Notes: a model not told the origin generated them from the sequence alone. 64,000 nt of DNA from Candidatus Omnitrophota bacterium (GCA_015494465.1 WGBD01000002.1:131683-195682); one strand, 5' to 3'; shown: positions 26,817 through 37,991, counted from the stretch's first letter. A program made the numbers and translations.

Positions 26817-28084
26817 CAGTACTTCATCTTGGCCAGGTTATCCAGAAACTCCTTGTTGCTGCGCGTCTTGCGAAGCCGGTCTATAAGAAGTTCCATCGCC
26901 TCTGCCGGTGGCAGGTCGTTCAGGACCTTCCTCAGTATCCATATCTTCTGGAGCTGGTCCTGAGGCACCAACAGCTCCTCCCGGCGGGTGTTGGACCTGC
27001 GGATGTCTATGGCCGGGTATATCCTCCTCTGAAAGAGATTCCTGTCCAACTGCAATTCCATGTTGCCCGTACCCTTAAACTCCTCAAAGATGACCTCGTC
27101 CATCTTACTACCGGTATCTATCAGGGCGGTGGCTATTATCGTCAGACTCCCGCCTTCCTCTACCGCCCTCGCAGCCCCGAAGAACCGCTTTGGCTTGTGC
27201 AGGGCGTTGGCATCCACACCACCCGAGAGTATCTTCCCGCTGTGGGGCACGACCGTGTTGTAGGCCCTTGCCAGACGGGTGATGCTGTCGAGGAGGATCA
27301 CCACATCCTTTTTGTGCTCTACCAGCCTCTTGGCCTTCTCCAGCACCATCTCCGCGACCTGCACATGGCGCTCTGCAGGCTCGTCGAAGGTGGAGCTTAT
27401 CACCTCACCCCGCACCATCCTCTGCATCTCGGTCACCTCTTCCGGACGCTCGTCTATCAACAGGACGATCATGTACACCTCAGGCTGGTTCCTCATTATG
27501 CTGTTGGCTATCTTCTGCAGGATCACCGTCTTTCCACTGTAGGGAGGCGCCACGATGAGGGCCCTCTGCCCCTTACCGATAGGGGTAAGCAGATCTATCA
27601 CTCGGGTCTCTATCTCATCGGGGCCGGTCTCCAGTATAAACCTCTCGTGGGGGTATAAGGGGGTGAGGTTGTCAAAGAGGGTGCGATCCTTTATCTTCTC
27701 GGGATTCTCGAAGTTTACCGCCTCCACCTTCAGGAGGGCAAAGTACTTCTCCCCCTCCTTGGGCGGACGGATCTGTCCGCTCACCGTATCGCCGGTGCGC
27801 AGATCAAACCTGCGTATCTGAGATGGAGATACATATATGTCGTCCGGGGAGGGCAGGTAATTGTACTTCGGTGAACGCAGGAAACCAAACCCGTCGGGAA
27901 GCACTTCCAAGACCCCTTCCCCGAACATCAGCCCGTTCTTTTGGGCCTGATGTTCCAGTATCTTAAATATCAATTCCTGCTTCCGCAGGCCACTGACGCC
28001 GGATATGCCCATCTCCTTGGCTATCTTTACCAGGTCCTGCACCTTTTTATTTTTCAGGGTTTCAACATCCATCTTTTCTACCAT
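26816..28084 (-). CDS. rho: transcription termination factor Rho
   Basis: N-terminal Rho_N domain, CSD-like RNA-binding domain, '[17 protein letters not shown]' Walker A, and a RecA-like ATPase domain. Confidence 0.9.
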   Translation of the reverse strand: MVEKMDVETLKNKKVQDLVKIAKEMGISGVSGLRKQELIFKILEHQAQKNGLMFGEGVLEVLPDGFGFLRSPKYNYLPSPDDIYVSPSQIRRFDLRTGDTVSGQIRPPKEGEKYFALLKVEAVNFENPEKIKDRTLFDNLTPLYPHERFILETGPDEIETRVIDLLTPIGKGQRALIVAPPYSGKTVILQKIANSIMRNQPEVYMIVLLIDERPEEVTEMQRMVRGEVISSTFDEPAERHVQVAEMVLEKAKRLVEHKKDVVILLDSITRLARAYNTVVPHSGKILSGGVDANALHKPKRFFGAARAVEEGGSLTIIATALIDTGSKMDEVIFEEFKGTGNMELQLDRNLFQRRIYPAIDIRRSNTRREELLVPQDQLQKIWILRKVLNDLPPAEAMELLIDRLRKTRSNKEFLDNLAKMKY

Positions 28085-28646
28085 AACCGCTTTTACCTCC
28101 CTTCAATAATCGTTCCCAAACCTCTCTTACCTGTCTCTCCAGCCTGACAAGATCACCACTGTTGTCCAATACGAAATCCGCCCTCTTCTCCGCATCTCCA
28201 CTAAACAGGGCGTCCCTGCGACGAAAATCCTCTTCGTTCATTCCCCTCCGGAGGGCCCGGCCAAGCCTTACCTCTTCCGGTGCGGTAACCACTATCACCG
28301 CATCCATCTCCTTATCCCATCCCGCCTCGTAAAGAAGGGGAACCTCCCACACATTGGGTTTATCTGGCTCCTCTCTGGAGCGCATTACCTCCAATACGCG
28401 AGGATAAAGGTAATCACAGTATCGCCTGCGCAATTGAGGATCGGAAAACAGCCTATCCGCTATCTTCGCCTTATCAGGAAGTCTATCCTCTCCCAATATC
28501 TCCGCTACCCTTCTCTGGACCTCCGGGTCGGATAACAGCTCGTGCACCACCGCATCACTGACTATCACATTCGCCCCAAGCCTTTCCAATATCCTGGCAA
28601 CGGTGCTCTTACCTGAGGCGATCCTTCCGGTGAGACCAATCCTCAT
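28062..28646 (-). CDS. coaE: dephospho-CoA kinase
   Basis: '[20 protein letters not shown]' is the P-loop motif. 194 aa. Confidence 0.85.
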   Translation of the reverse strand: MRIGLTGRIASGKSTVARILERLGANVIVSDAVVHELLSDPEVQRRVAEILGEDRLPDKAKIADRLFSDPQLRRRYCDYLYPRVLEVMRSREEPDKPNVWEVPLLYEAGWDKEMDAVIVVTAPEEVRLGRALRRGMNEEDFRRRDALFSGDAEKRADFVLDNSGDLVRLERQVREVWERLLKGGKSGYGRKDGC

Positions 28647-28647
28647 C

Positions 28648-29994
28648 TTACTTGCTTGCTTCCAACCAATCCCTTCCTATCCTAACATCCACCTCGAGGG
28701 GCACGCTGAGCCTTACCGCTTCCGTCATCGCACTAACGATCAAGGCTCTCAATTCTTCCAACTCCTCCGGGTGGACATCGAACAATAACTCGTCGTGTAT
28801 CTGCAAGATCATTCGGCTACGATAGCCCTTCATCCGCCGATGGAGATTCAACATCGCAATCTTCATTATCTCCGCTGCGCTGCCCTGTATTACGGTGTTC
28901 ACCGCTGCTCGTTCTCCAAAGGATCGCCTAACCCTATTCTTGCTCCTCAACTCCGGCACATACCGCCGGTGCCCAAACATCGTCTCTACCCATCCCCTTT
29001 TGCGGGCATCGGCAAGGGTATCGGAGATGAACCTCTTTACCCCAGGGTACATCTGAAAGTATCTGTCGATAAAATCCTTGGCCACCCCGTGGGTTAAGTC
29101 CACATCCTCTGCCAAGCCTTGAGGCGTGATCCCGTAAACTATGCCGAAGTTCACCCGCTTGGCGATGTCCCTCTCCTTGGGCCCCACATCCTCTCTTGAG
29201 ATGCCAAAGAGCAGACCCGCTGTTGAAGTATGGATGTCTTCGCCTCGCTCAAATGCAGATATCAACCCGGGGTCCTGCGAGAGATGGGCAAGGACCCTCA
29301 ACTCTATCTGAGAATAATCAGCGCTTAATATGTACCCTCCGGGAAACCGAGAGATAAAGGCAGATCTGATCTGCCGGCCCCACAAACTTCGAATCGGGAT
29401 TGTCTGGAGATTTGGCTCTACCGCAGTTATTCGCCCAGTCTGGGTACTTACCAAGGAAAACTTCGTATAGATTTTACCATCTTCTCGCACCGCTGACAAC
29501 AGGGGAATGATGTAGGAATTCAAGACCTTCGTCAACTCCCGATAATCCAAGAGATGTTCCACTACCGGATGCAGACCTACCAACTTCCGCAGGGTCTTCT
29601 CACTGGTGGAGGGATGGGTCTTGGCCCGCTTTATCACCGGCAATCCCAGTTTCTCGTATAGGACAAAGGCGATTTGGCGAGGAGAATTCAGGTTTACTCT
29701 GACCGGGAGAAGGTCTTCTATCTTCCTCTCCAGGTCATCCACTGCATCCTGCACCTCCTCCTGCAAGTCCTCCAATCGCTCCCTATCTACCTTGAGCCCT
29801 GCGGACTCCATATCCTTTAGCACATCTAAAAGAGGTAAGTCGATATCCAACAGGGCCATACGCTGACCTGGAGATAAAGAAGCAAAAACCTTTTCTGGAT
29901 CCTGCCAGGAGGAGAGGTCTCTTCCCGAGACGAAATAAAGGAGGTCTAGGGGGATCTTTTTACCTTCGAACTCAAAAAATTCCGCTCTCTCCAT
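28648..29994 (-). CDS. polA: DNA polymerase I, polymerase (family A palm/fingers/thumb) portion
   Basis: 'YRELTKVLNSYIIPL', 'LSADYSQIELRVLAHLS', 'RDIAKRVNFGIVYGI' and 'QIHDELLFDV' are the A, B and C family-A polymerase motifs. Only ~100 aa precede the polymerase core. Confidence 0.8.
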   Translation of the reverse strand: MERAEFFEFEGKKIPLDLLYFVSGRDLSSWQDPEKVFASLSPGQRMALLDIDLPLLDVLKDMESAGLKVDRERLEDLQEEVQDAVDDLERKIEDLLPVRVNLNSPRQIAFVLYEKLGLPVIKRAKTHPSTSEKTLRKLVGLHPVVEHLLDYRELTKVLNSYIIPLLSAVREDGKIYTKFSLVSTQTGRITAVEPNLQTIPIRSLWGRQIRSAFISRFPGGYILSADYSQIELRVLAHLSQDPGLISAFERGEDIHTSTAGLLFGISREDVGPKERDIAKRVNFGIVYGITPQGLAEDVDLTHGVAKDFIDRYFQMYPGVKRFISDTLADARKRGWVETMFGHRRYVPELRSKNRVRRSFGERAAVNTVIQGSAAEIMKIAMLNLHRRMKGYRSRMILQIHDELLFDVHPEELEELRALIVSAMTEAVRLSVPLEVDVRIGRDWLEASK

Positions 29995-30856
29995 CGATCC
30001 TCTCTGGAAACTGGCGCTTAAGAAAGGACCTAAAACCTAATCTCTGGTAGAAAATATACAGACTATCATCGGGGGTCTTCTTTAAGGGCACGAGTCCTAC
30101 CGAAATCGACAGATCCGTCTTTACCTTTACCAACTCAAGATTCCTGTAGACCAGATCCCGGCTCTCCTCCAAGGCCTTTCGCAACCGCTCCGGAAGGGAA
30201 CCGAGATTAGCGTATATTCCGTCTATGGTCCCGTACTCTCTCAATAGCTTCACCGCGGTCTTTTTGCCGATACCTGGTACGCCCGGAATGTTGTCAGAAG
30301 TGTCACCCAACATAGCAAGGTAGTCCGGGATCTGTGCCGGCCTCACCCCGACCTTCTCCAGCACCTTGACCTCGTCCAGGACCTCCAATTTCCCGTTCTT
30401 ATAGTCGCAGAAATAGACCCCCTCCCCTACCAATTGCAGGAGATCCTTATCCGAACTGACTATGTAGAAGTCAAGGGAATTCTTTTCCCGTCGAAGCGAG
30501 GAAACGATCGAACCTATAAGGTCGTCCGCCTCGTATCCTGCAAGCCTGAGCGTACCAACATCGCAGGCGGACAAAAACTCCTCTATCAAGGGCAACTGGG
30601 AATAGAACTCGTCGGGCATAGTTACCCTATTGGCCTTGTACTCAGTATATACCTCCTCCCTGAAGGTGGGCTCCTTTGAATCCAGACAGGCAACTCCATA
30701 ATCCGGATCGAGATCTCCTATCAATCTCCAGAACATGTTCACGAATCCGTAGACCGCATTCGTCGGTTGCCCGTTCGGCCCAGACATAAAGGGAAGCGCA
30801 TAGTAGGCCCGATATGCGAGAGAGGAGACATCCAGGAGTAAAACCTTACTCTTCAC
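29972..30856 (-). CDS. DNA polymerase I 5'-3' exonuclease (FEN-like) domain as a separate ORF
   Basis: 'LLLDVSSLAYRAYYAL', 'YEADDLIGSI' and 'VSSDKDLLQLV' are 5'-nuclease motifs, and a helix-3-turn-helix is present. The ORF overlaps the polymerase ORF by 23 nt in a different frame. Confidence 0.8.
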   Translation of the reverse strand: MKSKVLLLDVSSLAYRAYYALPFMSGPNGQPTNAVYGFVNMFWRLIGDLDPDYGVACLDSKEPTFREEVYTEYKANRVTMPDEFYSQLPLIEEFLSACDVGTLRLAGYEADDLIGSIVSSLRREKNSLDFYIVSSDKDLLQLVGEGVYFCDYKNGKLEVLDEVKVLEKVGVRPAQIPDYLAMLGDTSDNIPGVPGIGKKTAVKLLREYGTIDGIYANLGSLPERLRKALEESRDLVYRNLELVKVKTDLSISVGLVPLKKTPDDSLYIFYQRLGFRSFLKRQFPERIDGESGIF

Positions 30857-31670
30857 GGGAGGCCTGTTGGGTAAGCAACTCCTTTAACTGTTCCCTGCCG
30901 ATTTGTTTGTACCCTATGGAGATAAAATACAATGGCCTGCGCAGTTGGCTCATCAAAGAATCTAGAGGGGCATAACCTCCTTTATAACCAATTTGCTGGA
31001 TAGATCTTTCTATTTCTTGGATCTTACTCGCAATTTTGTGAAAATTACCATTAGTAGGCCTCTTTACATATTCCGCTACCGCATTCAACAGTTCTATCCG
31101 CTGACACTTTAAAGACTCCTTGATCCGATCTTCTACCTCCCAACTCTGCCATCTTTCCCCTAAGAGATCAATAAGTAGGCTGAAGCATCTCTCCTTGTCC
31201 TCGCCATGGGATTCCTCGTAGAGTTGACGGAGGGTATCCAGTTGCCCCCGGATGTCCCCTCTCTTAAGATGTATCTGATAAAGAAGATCCAAGGCAGGAA
31301 GGCGCCTTTTCGGATTTGATCTAATTACCTTCTCGAGGATAGACTCTGCGGTATCGTATCGTCCCAGACCGAAATAGGCCCTGGCCAATACCCACAACAA
31401 TTCGGAATCGTTCGGACTTAGGATGAGCCCCTTATTGACCGCACCGATGGCAGACTCGAAGTCCCCTAGCTCACAATAGCGCTCCGCCTCTTTGAGATAC
31501 TCCCGGGCAAAGCCCTTCTTGGGTCCCTCTAGGGCCTTGGAGAGTTCTTCTTCCCATTCCTGGACCAGTTTTTTAAGCTCAACACCGCTCGTTTGTGCCC
31601 TAATAGGCAAAGCCGAGAAGAGAATACAGATAAAGGCCCCTACCCCCAAAAACAACACCCACCTATTCAT
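30846..31670 (-). CDS. secreted TPR-repeat protein
   Basis: Signal peptide 'MNRWVLFLGVGAFICILFSALPIRA', followed by TPR-like repeats (LARAYFGLGRYDTAESILEKVI...). Confidence 0.5.
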   Translation of the reverse strand: MNRWVLFLGVGAFICILFSALPIRAQTSGVELKKLVQEWEEELSKALEGPKKGFAREYLKEAERYCELGDFESAIGAVNKGLILSPNDSELLWVLARAYFGLGRYDTAESILEKVIRSNPKRRLPALDLLYQIHLKRGDIRGQLDTLRQLYEESHGEDKERCFSLLIDLLGERWQSWEVEDRIKESLKCQRIELLNAVAEYVKRPTNGNFHKIASKIQEIERSIQQIGYKGGYAPLDSLMSQLRRPLYFISIGYKQIGREQLKELLTQQASREE

Positions 31671-32110
31671 ATCTGGATCTCTATAATCCAATTCCCACCG
31701 CTCTCTTTGTACTCCACTTTTACTTGTTCAAACTCCTCCACAGCGGATGAAGATAGCACAAAACAGTTATCACCGTCCAGCTTCAACCCTGCACATCCTC
31801 CCCCAGTGACAGTGGACGATATCTTCACTGGAATATTATAGACACAGGTATATCGCTTACCAGGTGTTACCTCTTGCCACCCCTGAGCATAATACAAGGA
31901 AGAATAACCTGCTCCTCCCTTATATCTGCCTTTGCTGATGTCGTAGTGGGCCAGGTGCAAAGCGGAAAGGAGAAGGTCCTCCTTCATAACCGTAGCCATC
32001 CTCTGGATCTGAAACGCCTCTTGGAGGGTGTACATGTAAGTCGCCATTATCGTCAGAAAGATGAGGGTGAACATCAACAACACAAACCAGGTAAATCCTT
32101 TCCTATTCAA
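31667..32110 (-). CDS. hypothetical pilin-like protein (KGFT N-terminus lacking Glu5)
   Basis: 'MNRKGFTWFVLLMFTLIFLTIMA' resembles a class III signal sequence but has no Glu at position +5. Cys-containing beta-type C-terminus. Confidence 0.4.
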   Translation of the reverse strand: MNRKGFTWFVLLMFTLIFLTIMATYMYTLQEAFQIQRMATVMKEDLLLSALHLAHYDISKGRYKGGAGYSSLYYAQGWQEVTPGKRYTCVYNIPVKISSTVTGGGCAGLKLDGDNCFVLSSSAVEEFEQVKVEYKESGGNWIIEIQI

Positions 32111-33578
32111 TCTTCCCTTCCTCCTTTAGGACTTCGCAAAGCGCAGAGAAAACTTTCGGATCGTACCTCTTATCAACCCACCGACCTATCTCCTCCAAGG
32201 CCTCCTTTATGGACATGGCCTTACGGTAAGGCCGATCGCTGGTGAGGGCGTCAAACACATCTGCTACGCACAATATCCTAGCCTCTATAGAGATCTCGTT
32301 TCCCTTCAATCCGTCGGGATAACCCGAACCATCCAACCACTCGTGGTGATGCCTCACCGCATCGCAGAGTCTTCTTAAGGACCGCACGGGTCTTAAGATA
32401 CCTTCTCCTATTACTGGATGCTTATTCATTATCTCCCTTTCCTCAGCGGTCAGAGGACCAGGTTTGTGGAGTATCTCGTCGCTTATCCCTATTTTACCTA
32501 TGTCGTGCATGTCCGCAGCATCCCTAACGATCGATATCTGCTCTTCGGACAGATTCATCTTCCTGGCTATCTTCTCCGCATACTCCGAGACCCTTTTGCT
32601 GTGACCACGACTGTACGGATCCTTGGCCTCAACTGCTATGGCTAAAGCGGAAAGGGTCTCCATGTAGGTCTTCTCCACATCCTCGTTAAGTCTGAGGTTT
32701 TCCAGGGCTACCGCAGTCTGGGTGCCGATGTTGTTTAGTATCAAGAGATCGTCGTCGGTGAAGTTCTCACCCGAGTACTTATCCTCAACCGAAAGGACGC
32801 CCAACAACCGATCCTTGAAGAGCAACGGGACGCATACGATCGTTGGATCCTCTTCGTCTGCAGAAAACACATGGCCTCTGCTAGCTGGGCGTCTGGGAAG
32901 ACACATCGCCTTCTTCTCCAGGGCAACCCACCCCTCTATCCCCTTGCCTATTGGTACTCTGCGCGCCCCTATCTCACTCTTGCGTCCACCTGATATGAAC
33001 TTTACATACAATTCCTGTTTCTCCTCGTCCACTAACCAAAGCCTAGCAACCCGCGCGTCCAGTGCCTGGGCTATCGTGTTGACCATCAGCTCCAAGAACC
33101 CATCTATAGTCGAAGACCCAGCCAATCCTTCGCCTATCTTCATAAGCACCTCTTCCAACAGCTTCTTAGAGGCCTTTAGCTTCTCCATACTCTTCTCCAA
33201 CTCGTCCACCAGGTCGTTAAGCCCTTTGGCCATCTCCCCTATCTCGTCCCTAGAATCCACATTGAGTCTGTAGTGGAGGTCCCCGGAGAGTATCCTCCTC
33301 ATCCCCGAGACTATGTACAATATGTTGCGGACCCAACGCTTGAGCAAAAAGTAGCCTGTAAGCGATAGGGCCAGAAGCATTAGGTAGAGAAGGGCCACCT
33401 GAGGGGAATAGAGTTTATCCGGGACATATCGATAGAAGATCCAATAGATCACCACGAAAGGGACGAAGGAGATAGCAAAATAGATGGTTATTATCTTCCT
33501 TTGCAGGCTTTGCCCCTCTATAGAAAGCTCAAGCGCGGTGAGATCTACCGGCTTCTTTCTGGACCTTCGTCTGCTCAT
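32103..33578 (-). CDS. HD-GYP-domain c-di-GMP phosphodiesterase with TM, HAMP and GAF domains
   Basis: TM region, then a HAMP domain (GEMAKGLNDLVDELE). GAF-like middle region. 'HDIGKIGI' and 'HHEWLDGSGYPDGL' are the HD-GYP motifs. Confidence 0.8.
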   Translation of the reverse strand: MSRRRSRKKPVDLTALELSIEGQSLQRKIITIYFAISFVPFVVIYWIFYRYVPDKLYSPQVALLYLMLLALSLTGYFLLKRWVRNILYIVSGMRRILSGDLHYRLNVDSRDEIGEMAKGLNDLVDELEKSMEKLKASKKLLEEVLMKIGEGLAGSSTIDGFLELMVNTIAQALDARVARLWLVDEEKQELYVKFISGGRKSEIGARRVPIGKGIEGWVALEKKAMCLPRRPASRGHVFSADEEDPTIVCVPLLFKDRLLGVLSVEDKYSGENFTDDDLLILNNIGTQTAVALENLRLNEDVEKTYMETLSALAIAVEAKDPYSRGHSKRVSEYAEKIARKMNLSEEQISIVRDAADMHDIGKIGISDEILHKPGPLTAEEREIMNKHPVIGEGILRPVRSLRRLCDAVRHHHEWLDGSGYPDGLKGNEISIEARILCVADVFDALTSDRPYRKAMSIKEALEEIGRWVDKRYDPKVFSALCEVLKEEGKIE

Positions 33579-34054
33579 CCCGCACCTTTGTCCAGGGCTA
33601 TAGTGCCGGTGCGCGCCATGTCCTCTATCCCGACGGCCTTTAGCTCTTCTAGGGCAGACTCCACGAACTCTTCCTCTCCAACCACTTGAAGTATAACAGA
33701 ATCCCCTACTATGTCAGTAATCTCTAGGTGGAATTTATCAATGATGGAATCCACCTTCTCCCGATTGTCTTCCCCGTATCTCACCTTGACCAGCACTAGG
33801 TCCCGTTCCACATATCTGCCTGGGGCAAGATCCTTCACCTCTATAACATCTATGAGCTTTCCTAGTTGCCTCTTGACCTGATTTATAATGCGATCGTCCC
33901 CGTGGACCACCACGGTCATACGAGAAAACCTCGGATCGTCCGTCTCTCCCACTGCCAGAGAGTCGATGTTATATCCCCTGGCGCTAAAAAGCCCGGCAAT
34001 CCTCGCCAGCACCCCAAACTTGTTCTCCACCAGCACCGATATCACATGCCTCAT
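33575..34054 (-). CDS. ilvH: acetolactate synthase small (regulatory) subunit
   Basis: 'MRHVISVLVENKFGVLARIAGLFSARGYNIDSLAV' is an ACT domain. Directly follows ilvB. Confidence 0.85.
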   Translation of the reverse strand: MRHVISVLVENKFGVLARIAGLFSARGYNIDSLAVGETDDPRFSRMTVVVHGDDRIINQVKRQLGKLIDVIEVKDLAPGRYVERDLVLVKVRYGEDNREKVDSIIDKFHLEITDIVGDSVILQVVGEEEFVESALEELKAVGIEDMARTGTIALDKGAG

Positions 34055-34055
34055 C

Positions 34056-35729
34056 TCAGGCCATCCCCATTATCATCTTGTTTATCGTCTCCCCTGCCGG
34101 AACCATAGGAAAGACATTCTCCTCCGGTTCCACCACGAAATCCATCAAGACCACCCCCGGTGTCTCCAATGCCTCCTTTATAGCCGGGACGACATCCTCC
34201 TTTCGGGTAACTCGCAATCCCTTTGCCCCGTAAGCCTCCGCCAGTTTCACGAAGTCGGGACTGCGTATGGGAGTGGCGGAATAGCGCCTTCTATAAAAAA
34301 GTTCCTGCCACTGGCGGACCATCCCCAGATAACTGTTGTTCAGGATGGCCACCTTCACATCTATGCCGTTCTCCACCGCGGTCATGAGCTCCTGTATGTT
34401 CATCTGTATGGAACCGTCACCTGCGATGTCTATGACCACCCTATCAGGACGGCCTACCTTGGCCCCTATGGCAGCAGGCAAACCGAAGCCCATGGTCCCC
34501 AACCCTCCGCTAGAGATAAACTGCCTAGGATACTTGTAGCGATAGTACTGGGCTGCCCACATCTGGTTCTGTCCCACTTCAGTGGTGATTATGGCCTCAC
34601 CATTCGTCAGCTCCGAAAGCTTCTCCACCACATATTGGGGTTTTATCACATTGGGATCGTCTTTATACCTCAACGGGAACTTTCTCTTCCACTCCTCTAT
34701 TTGTTCCAGCCAGGCAGAGGTATCCGGCTTCTCCACTACCTTCAATAGCTCTTGGAGGACGATCTTGGCATCTCCAACTATCTCCAGATCCACGGGGATG
34801 TTCTTGCTTATTGAAGAAGGATCTATGTCTATGTGTATGACCTTTGCGTAGGGAGCAAAGGTGTCCAATCTTCCGGTTACCCGGTCGTCAAACCTTGCAC
34901 CAACCGCTATTATGAGATCTGCCTCCATCACCGCGTGATTCGCATAACCCGTGCCGTGCATACCCAACATCCCCAGAGACAGTGGATCGTCCGTCGGGAA
35001 CACCCCTAACGCCATCAAGGTGGTGGTAACCGGTATCTGGCACCTGTGGGCAAGTTCCCGCACCTCTTCGGCAGCAGATGCGGTTACCACTCCCCCACCT
35101 ACATACAATACCGGCCTTTTTGCCTGGGCTATCATCAGGGCAGCCTGTTTTATATGGGCGGGATGGGGATGGGTAACGACCTTATAACCGGGCAGATCCA
35201 CGCTTTCAGGCCACTCGAACTCCGCTTCCTGTAGCTGGACATCTACGGGCAGGTCTATCAAGACCGGACCCGGTCGTCCGGTAGAGGCGATGTAAAAGGC
35301 CTCCTTGATCACCCTAGGAAGCTCCTTTGCACTCTTCACCAGGTAATTGTGCTTGGTAATCGGTCGGGTTATCCCCGTGACATCTGCCTCCTGAAAGGCG
35401 TCGTTCCCTATAAGACTGGTCTTTACCTGTCCGGTGATGGCCACCAGGGGTATAGAATCCATGTACGCAGTCGCTATACCCGTAACCAGATTCGTCGCTC
35501 CCGGCCCGGATGTGGCTATGCACACCCCGACCTTGCCGGTGGCCCGGGCATAGCCGTCCGCAGCGTGGGCTGCTCCCTGCTCGTGCCGGGTCAATATGAA
35601 CTTTAGCGGGGCATCGTAAAGGACATCAAATGTGGGCAAGACCGCCCCGCCCGGATAGCCAAAGATGTACTCCACACCCTCCCTCTGGAGGGCCTCCACC
35701 AGGATCTGGGCACCCTTCATCTTGGGCAC
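34056..35729 (-). CDS. ilvB: acetolactate synthase large subunit
   Basis: 557 aa ThDP enzyme. 'GYPGGAVLP' and '[15 protein letters not shown]' motifs. Confidence 0.9.
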   Translation of the reverse strand: MPKMKGAQILVEALQREGVEYIFGYPGGAVLPTFDVLYDAPLKFILTRHEQGAAHAADGYARATGKVGVCIATSGPGATNLVTGIATAYMDSIPLVAITGQVKTSLIGNDAFQEADVTGITRPITKHNYLVKSAKELPRVIKEAFYIASTGRPGPVLIDLPVDVQLQEAEFEWPESVDLPGYKVVTHPHPAHIKQAALMIAQAKRPVLYVGGGVVTASAAEEVRELAHRCQIPVTTTLMALGVFPTDDPLSLGMLGMHGTGYANHAVMEADLIIAVGARFDDRVTGRLDTFAPYAKVIHIDIDPSSISKNIPVDLEIVGDAKIVLQELLKVVEKPDTSAWLEQIEEWKRKFPLRYKDDPNVIKPQYVVEKLSELTNGEAIITTEVGQNQMWAAQYYRYKYPRQFISSGGLGTMGFGLPAAIGAKVGRPDRVVIDIAGDGSIQMNIQELMTAVENGIDVKVAILNNSYLGMVRQWQELFYRRRYSATPIRSPDFVKLAEAYGAKGLRVTRKEDVVPAIKEALETPGVVLMDFVVEPEENVFPMVPAGETINKMIMGMA

Positions 35730-36907
35730 TACTTATCCTCCAGCACCGCTATTCCGGGCAACTCCTTACCCTCCAAGAACTCCAGAGAGGCACCGCCACC
35801 AGTGGAGATGTGGGTCATCTTGTCCTCCAAACCAAACTTGGCGATCATCGCTGCGGTGTCGCCTCCACCGATGATTTTTACCGCGGAGGTCTGGGCAAGA
35901 CACTCGGCTACCTTTCTGCTCCCCTCGTCAAACGGAGGCACCTCAAAGACGCCCAAGGGCCCGTTCCAGACCACCGTCTTGGCGGACTTGACCACATCGC
36001 AGAAGATCTCCACGCTCTTGGGACCGATGTCCAGACCCATCCATCCCTCTTCTATCTCTTCGACCACCTTGGTCTCTACACCCTCTTTTAGCTCCTTGGC
36101 CACCACATGATCCACGGGCAAGTATATCTTCACACCTTTCTCCTCTGCCTTTGCCAGTATCTCCTTGGCGACGTCCACCTTGTCCGCCTCTAGCTTGGAA
36201 GAGCCTATCGCTTTGCCTTGGGCCTTAAGGAAGGTGTAGGCCATCCCTCCACCTATTATCAAGGCGTCTACCTTGGTGAGGAGGTTCTCTATCACCATTA
36301 TCTTATCCGAGACCTTTGCCCCTCCTAGTATGGCCACGAATGGTCTTTCCGGATTCTCCAGGGCTCCACCGAGATACTTTATCTCCTTCTCCAAAAGGAA
36401 CCCTGCCACTGCGGGCAGGTACTTGGCCACTCCTACGGTGGAGGCGTGGGCCCTGTGGACGGTACCGAAGGCATCGCTGACATAGATGTCCCCTAGCTCC
36501 GCCAAGCTCTTAGCGAACTCGGGATCATTCTTTTCTTCTTCGGGATGGAAGCGAAGGTTCTCGAGTAGGATAACCCTTTCGGAGGCATTTTCTATCGCCT
36601 GCTTGACCTCATCCCCAACGCAATCGTTGAGCTTAAGGACCTTCTCCCCCAAGAGCTCCTCCAGCCTGCGAGCTACTGGATCCAGACGCAGTTCCTCCTT
36701 GACCTGGCCCTTGGGCCTGCCCAGGTGGCTCATTAGGACCACCTTCTTGGCGCCATTCTCCAACGCATACTTTATCGTCGGCAAGGCTGACCTTATCCGT
36801 CTGTCGTCGGTGATGTTCCTGTTCTCGTCCAGAGGGACATTGAAGTCAACCCGAATCAAGACCACCTTATCCTTGAGGTCGACATCTTTTATAGTCTTCT
36901 TGGCCAT
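35729..36907 (-). CDS. pgk: phosphoglycerate kinase
   Basis: '[12 protein letters not shown]', '[16 protein letters not shown]' and 'MSHLGRPKG' motifs. Confidence 0.9.
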   Translation of the reverse strand: MAKKTIKDVDLKDKVVLIRVDFNVPLDENRNITDDRRIRSALPTIKYALENGAKKVVLMSHLGRPKGQVKEELRLDPVARRLEELLGEKVLKLNDCVGDEVKQAIENASERVILLENLRFHPEEEKNDPEFAKSLAELGDIYVSDAFGTVHRAHASTVGVAKYLPAVAGFLLEKEIKYLGGALENPERPFVAILGGAKVSDKIMVIENLLTKVDALIIGGGMAYTFLKAQGKAIGSSKLEADKVDVAKEILAKAEEKGVKIYLPVDHVVAKELKEGVETKVVEEIEEGWMGLDIGPKSVEIFCDVVKSAKTVVWNGPLGVFEVPPFDEGSRKVAECLAQTSAVKIIGGGDTAAMIAKFGLEDKMTHISTGGGASLEFLEGKELPGIAVLEDK

Positions 36908-36986
36908 AACAACCTCCTTTGTCCAACGCGAGGCCCCAGGTCATAAACTTGGATATCGGAGGTATGATACCACAAAGGGTACAAAT

Positions 36987-37991
36987 TTACCAGATGACAT
37001 CTCTCAGGCGCTTGGCCCCAAGCTCCGGGGTGGTAGGAACCACATAGAAACCAGACCCCCACTCGAAACCGGCCACCCTGGATATCCGAGGCATTATCTC
37101 TACGTGCCAGTGGTAATAATCGTACATCCCCTTGAGTGGAGCCACATGGATCACGAAGTTGTACGGGGGATTGTGCAATAATAGCTTAAGCCGAATTAGG
37201 GCGTCCTTCAGGGCCTTAGCCAACTCCATGGCCTGGTCGTCACTCATCTCTCTGAAATCGCAACAGTGATACTTTGGCATAATCCACATCTCGAAGGGGA
37301 ATCTGGAACTAAAAGGACAAAAGGTGATAAAGAAGGGGTTCTCGTAGACTACCCGTTCCCTTTCCTCCTTCTCTTGTCGCCACATGTCGCAGAATATACA
37401 CCGCTCCCGATACTCGTAATAGGCCTTCGACCCTTCCAGCTCCTCTTTCACATTCTTGGGTATCAAGGGCATGGCTATCAACTGAGAGTGATCGTGTTCG
37501 ATAGAGGCCCCAGCGATGGCACCAAAGTTCTTGAAGATCAAGATGTACTCGAACCTCGGATCCTGACTCAAGTCGTTCATCCTGGACCTATAGGCCTTTA
37601 TCACCTCGAACACCTCTTCAAAAGAAAGATCCGCTAGGGTCTTGAAATGATCAGGCGTCTCAATCACCACCTCGTGGGCACCTATACCGTTTGCTATGTC
37701 GTAAAGCCCTATCGGCCTGCTCTCTAGGTCCCCTTCTATCACCAAGGCGGGGAACTTGTTGGGAACCACCCTAACCTGCCAACCCGGACCGTTGGCCTCA
37801 CCACCGTTTGGCCTATAGGCGTATACCTCCGGTGGGGTGGCTGATTCCTTTCCTGGACAGAAAAAGCACTTTTCGGGATGCCTTTTCTCTACTGGAGGAT
37901 AGAGCTGATGGAACTGATCTACATCCAAGGGCTCTTCACTGGTAACTATCACCCACCTACCAACTATTGGATCTCGTCTAAATTCCGTCAT
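36987..37991 (-). CDS. GalT-like HIT-family nucleotidyltransferase (galactose-1-P uridylyltransferase / ADP-glucose phosphorylase-like), intact active site
   Basis: 'CFFCPGKE' zinc motif, 'FKNFGAIAGASIEHDHSQLIA' (HxHxQ motif), and a second half-barrel with 'HWHVEI'. Confidence 0.75.
   Translation of the reverse strand: MTEFRRDPIVGRWVIVTSEEPLDVDQFHQLYPPVEKRHPEKCFFCPGKESATPPEVYAYRPNGGEANGPGWQVRVVPNKFPALVIEGDLESRPIGLYDIANGIGAHEVVIETPDHFKTLADLSFEEVFEVIKAYRSRMNDLSQDPRFEYILIFKNFGAIAGASIEHDHSQLIAMPLIPKNVKEELEGSKAYYEYRERCIFCDMWRQEKEERERVVYENPFFITFCPFSSRFPFEMWIMPKYHCCDFREMSDDQAMELAKALKDALIRLKLLLHNPPYNFVIHVAPLKGMYDYYHWHVEIMPRISRVAGFEWGSGFYVVPTTPELGAKRLRDVIW

Noticed and set aside
33888-34748. 286-aa plus-strand ORF
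   Set aside because: It is antisense to ilvH and ilvB, which are unambiguous. Shadow ORF.
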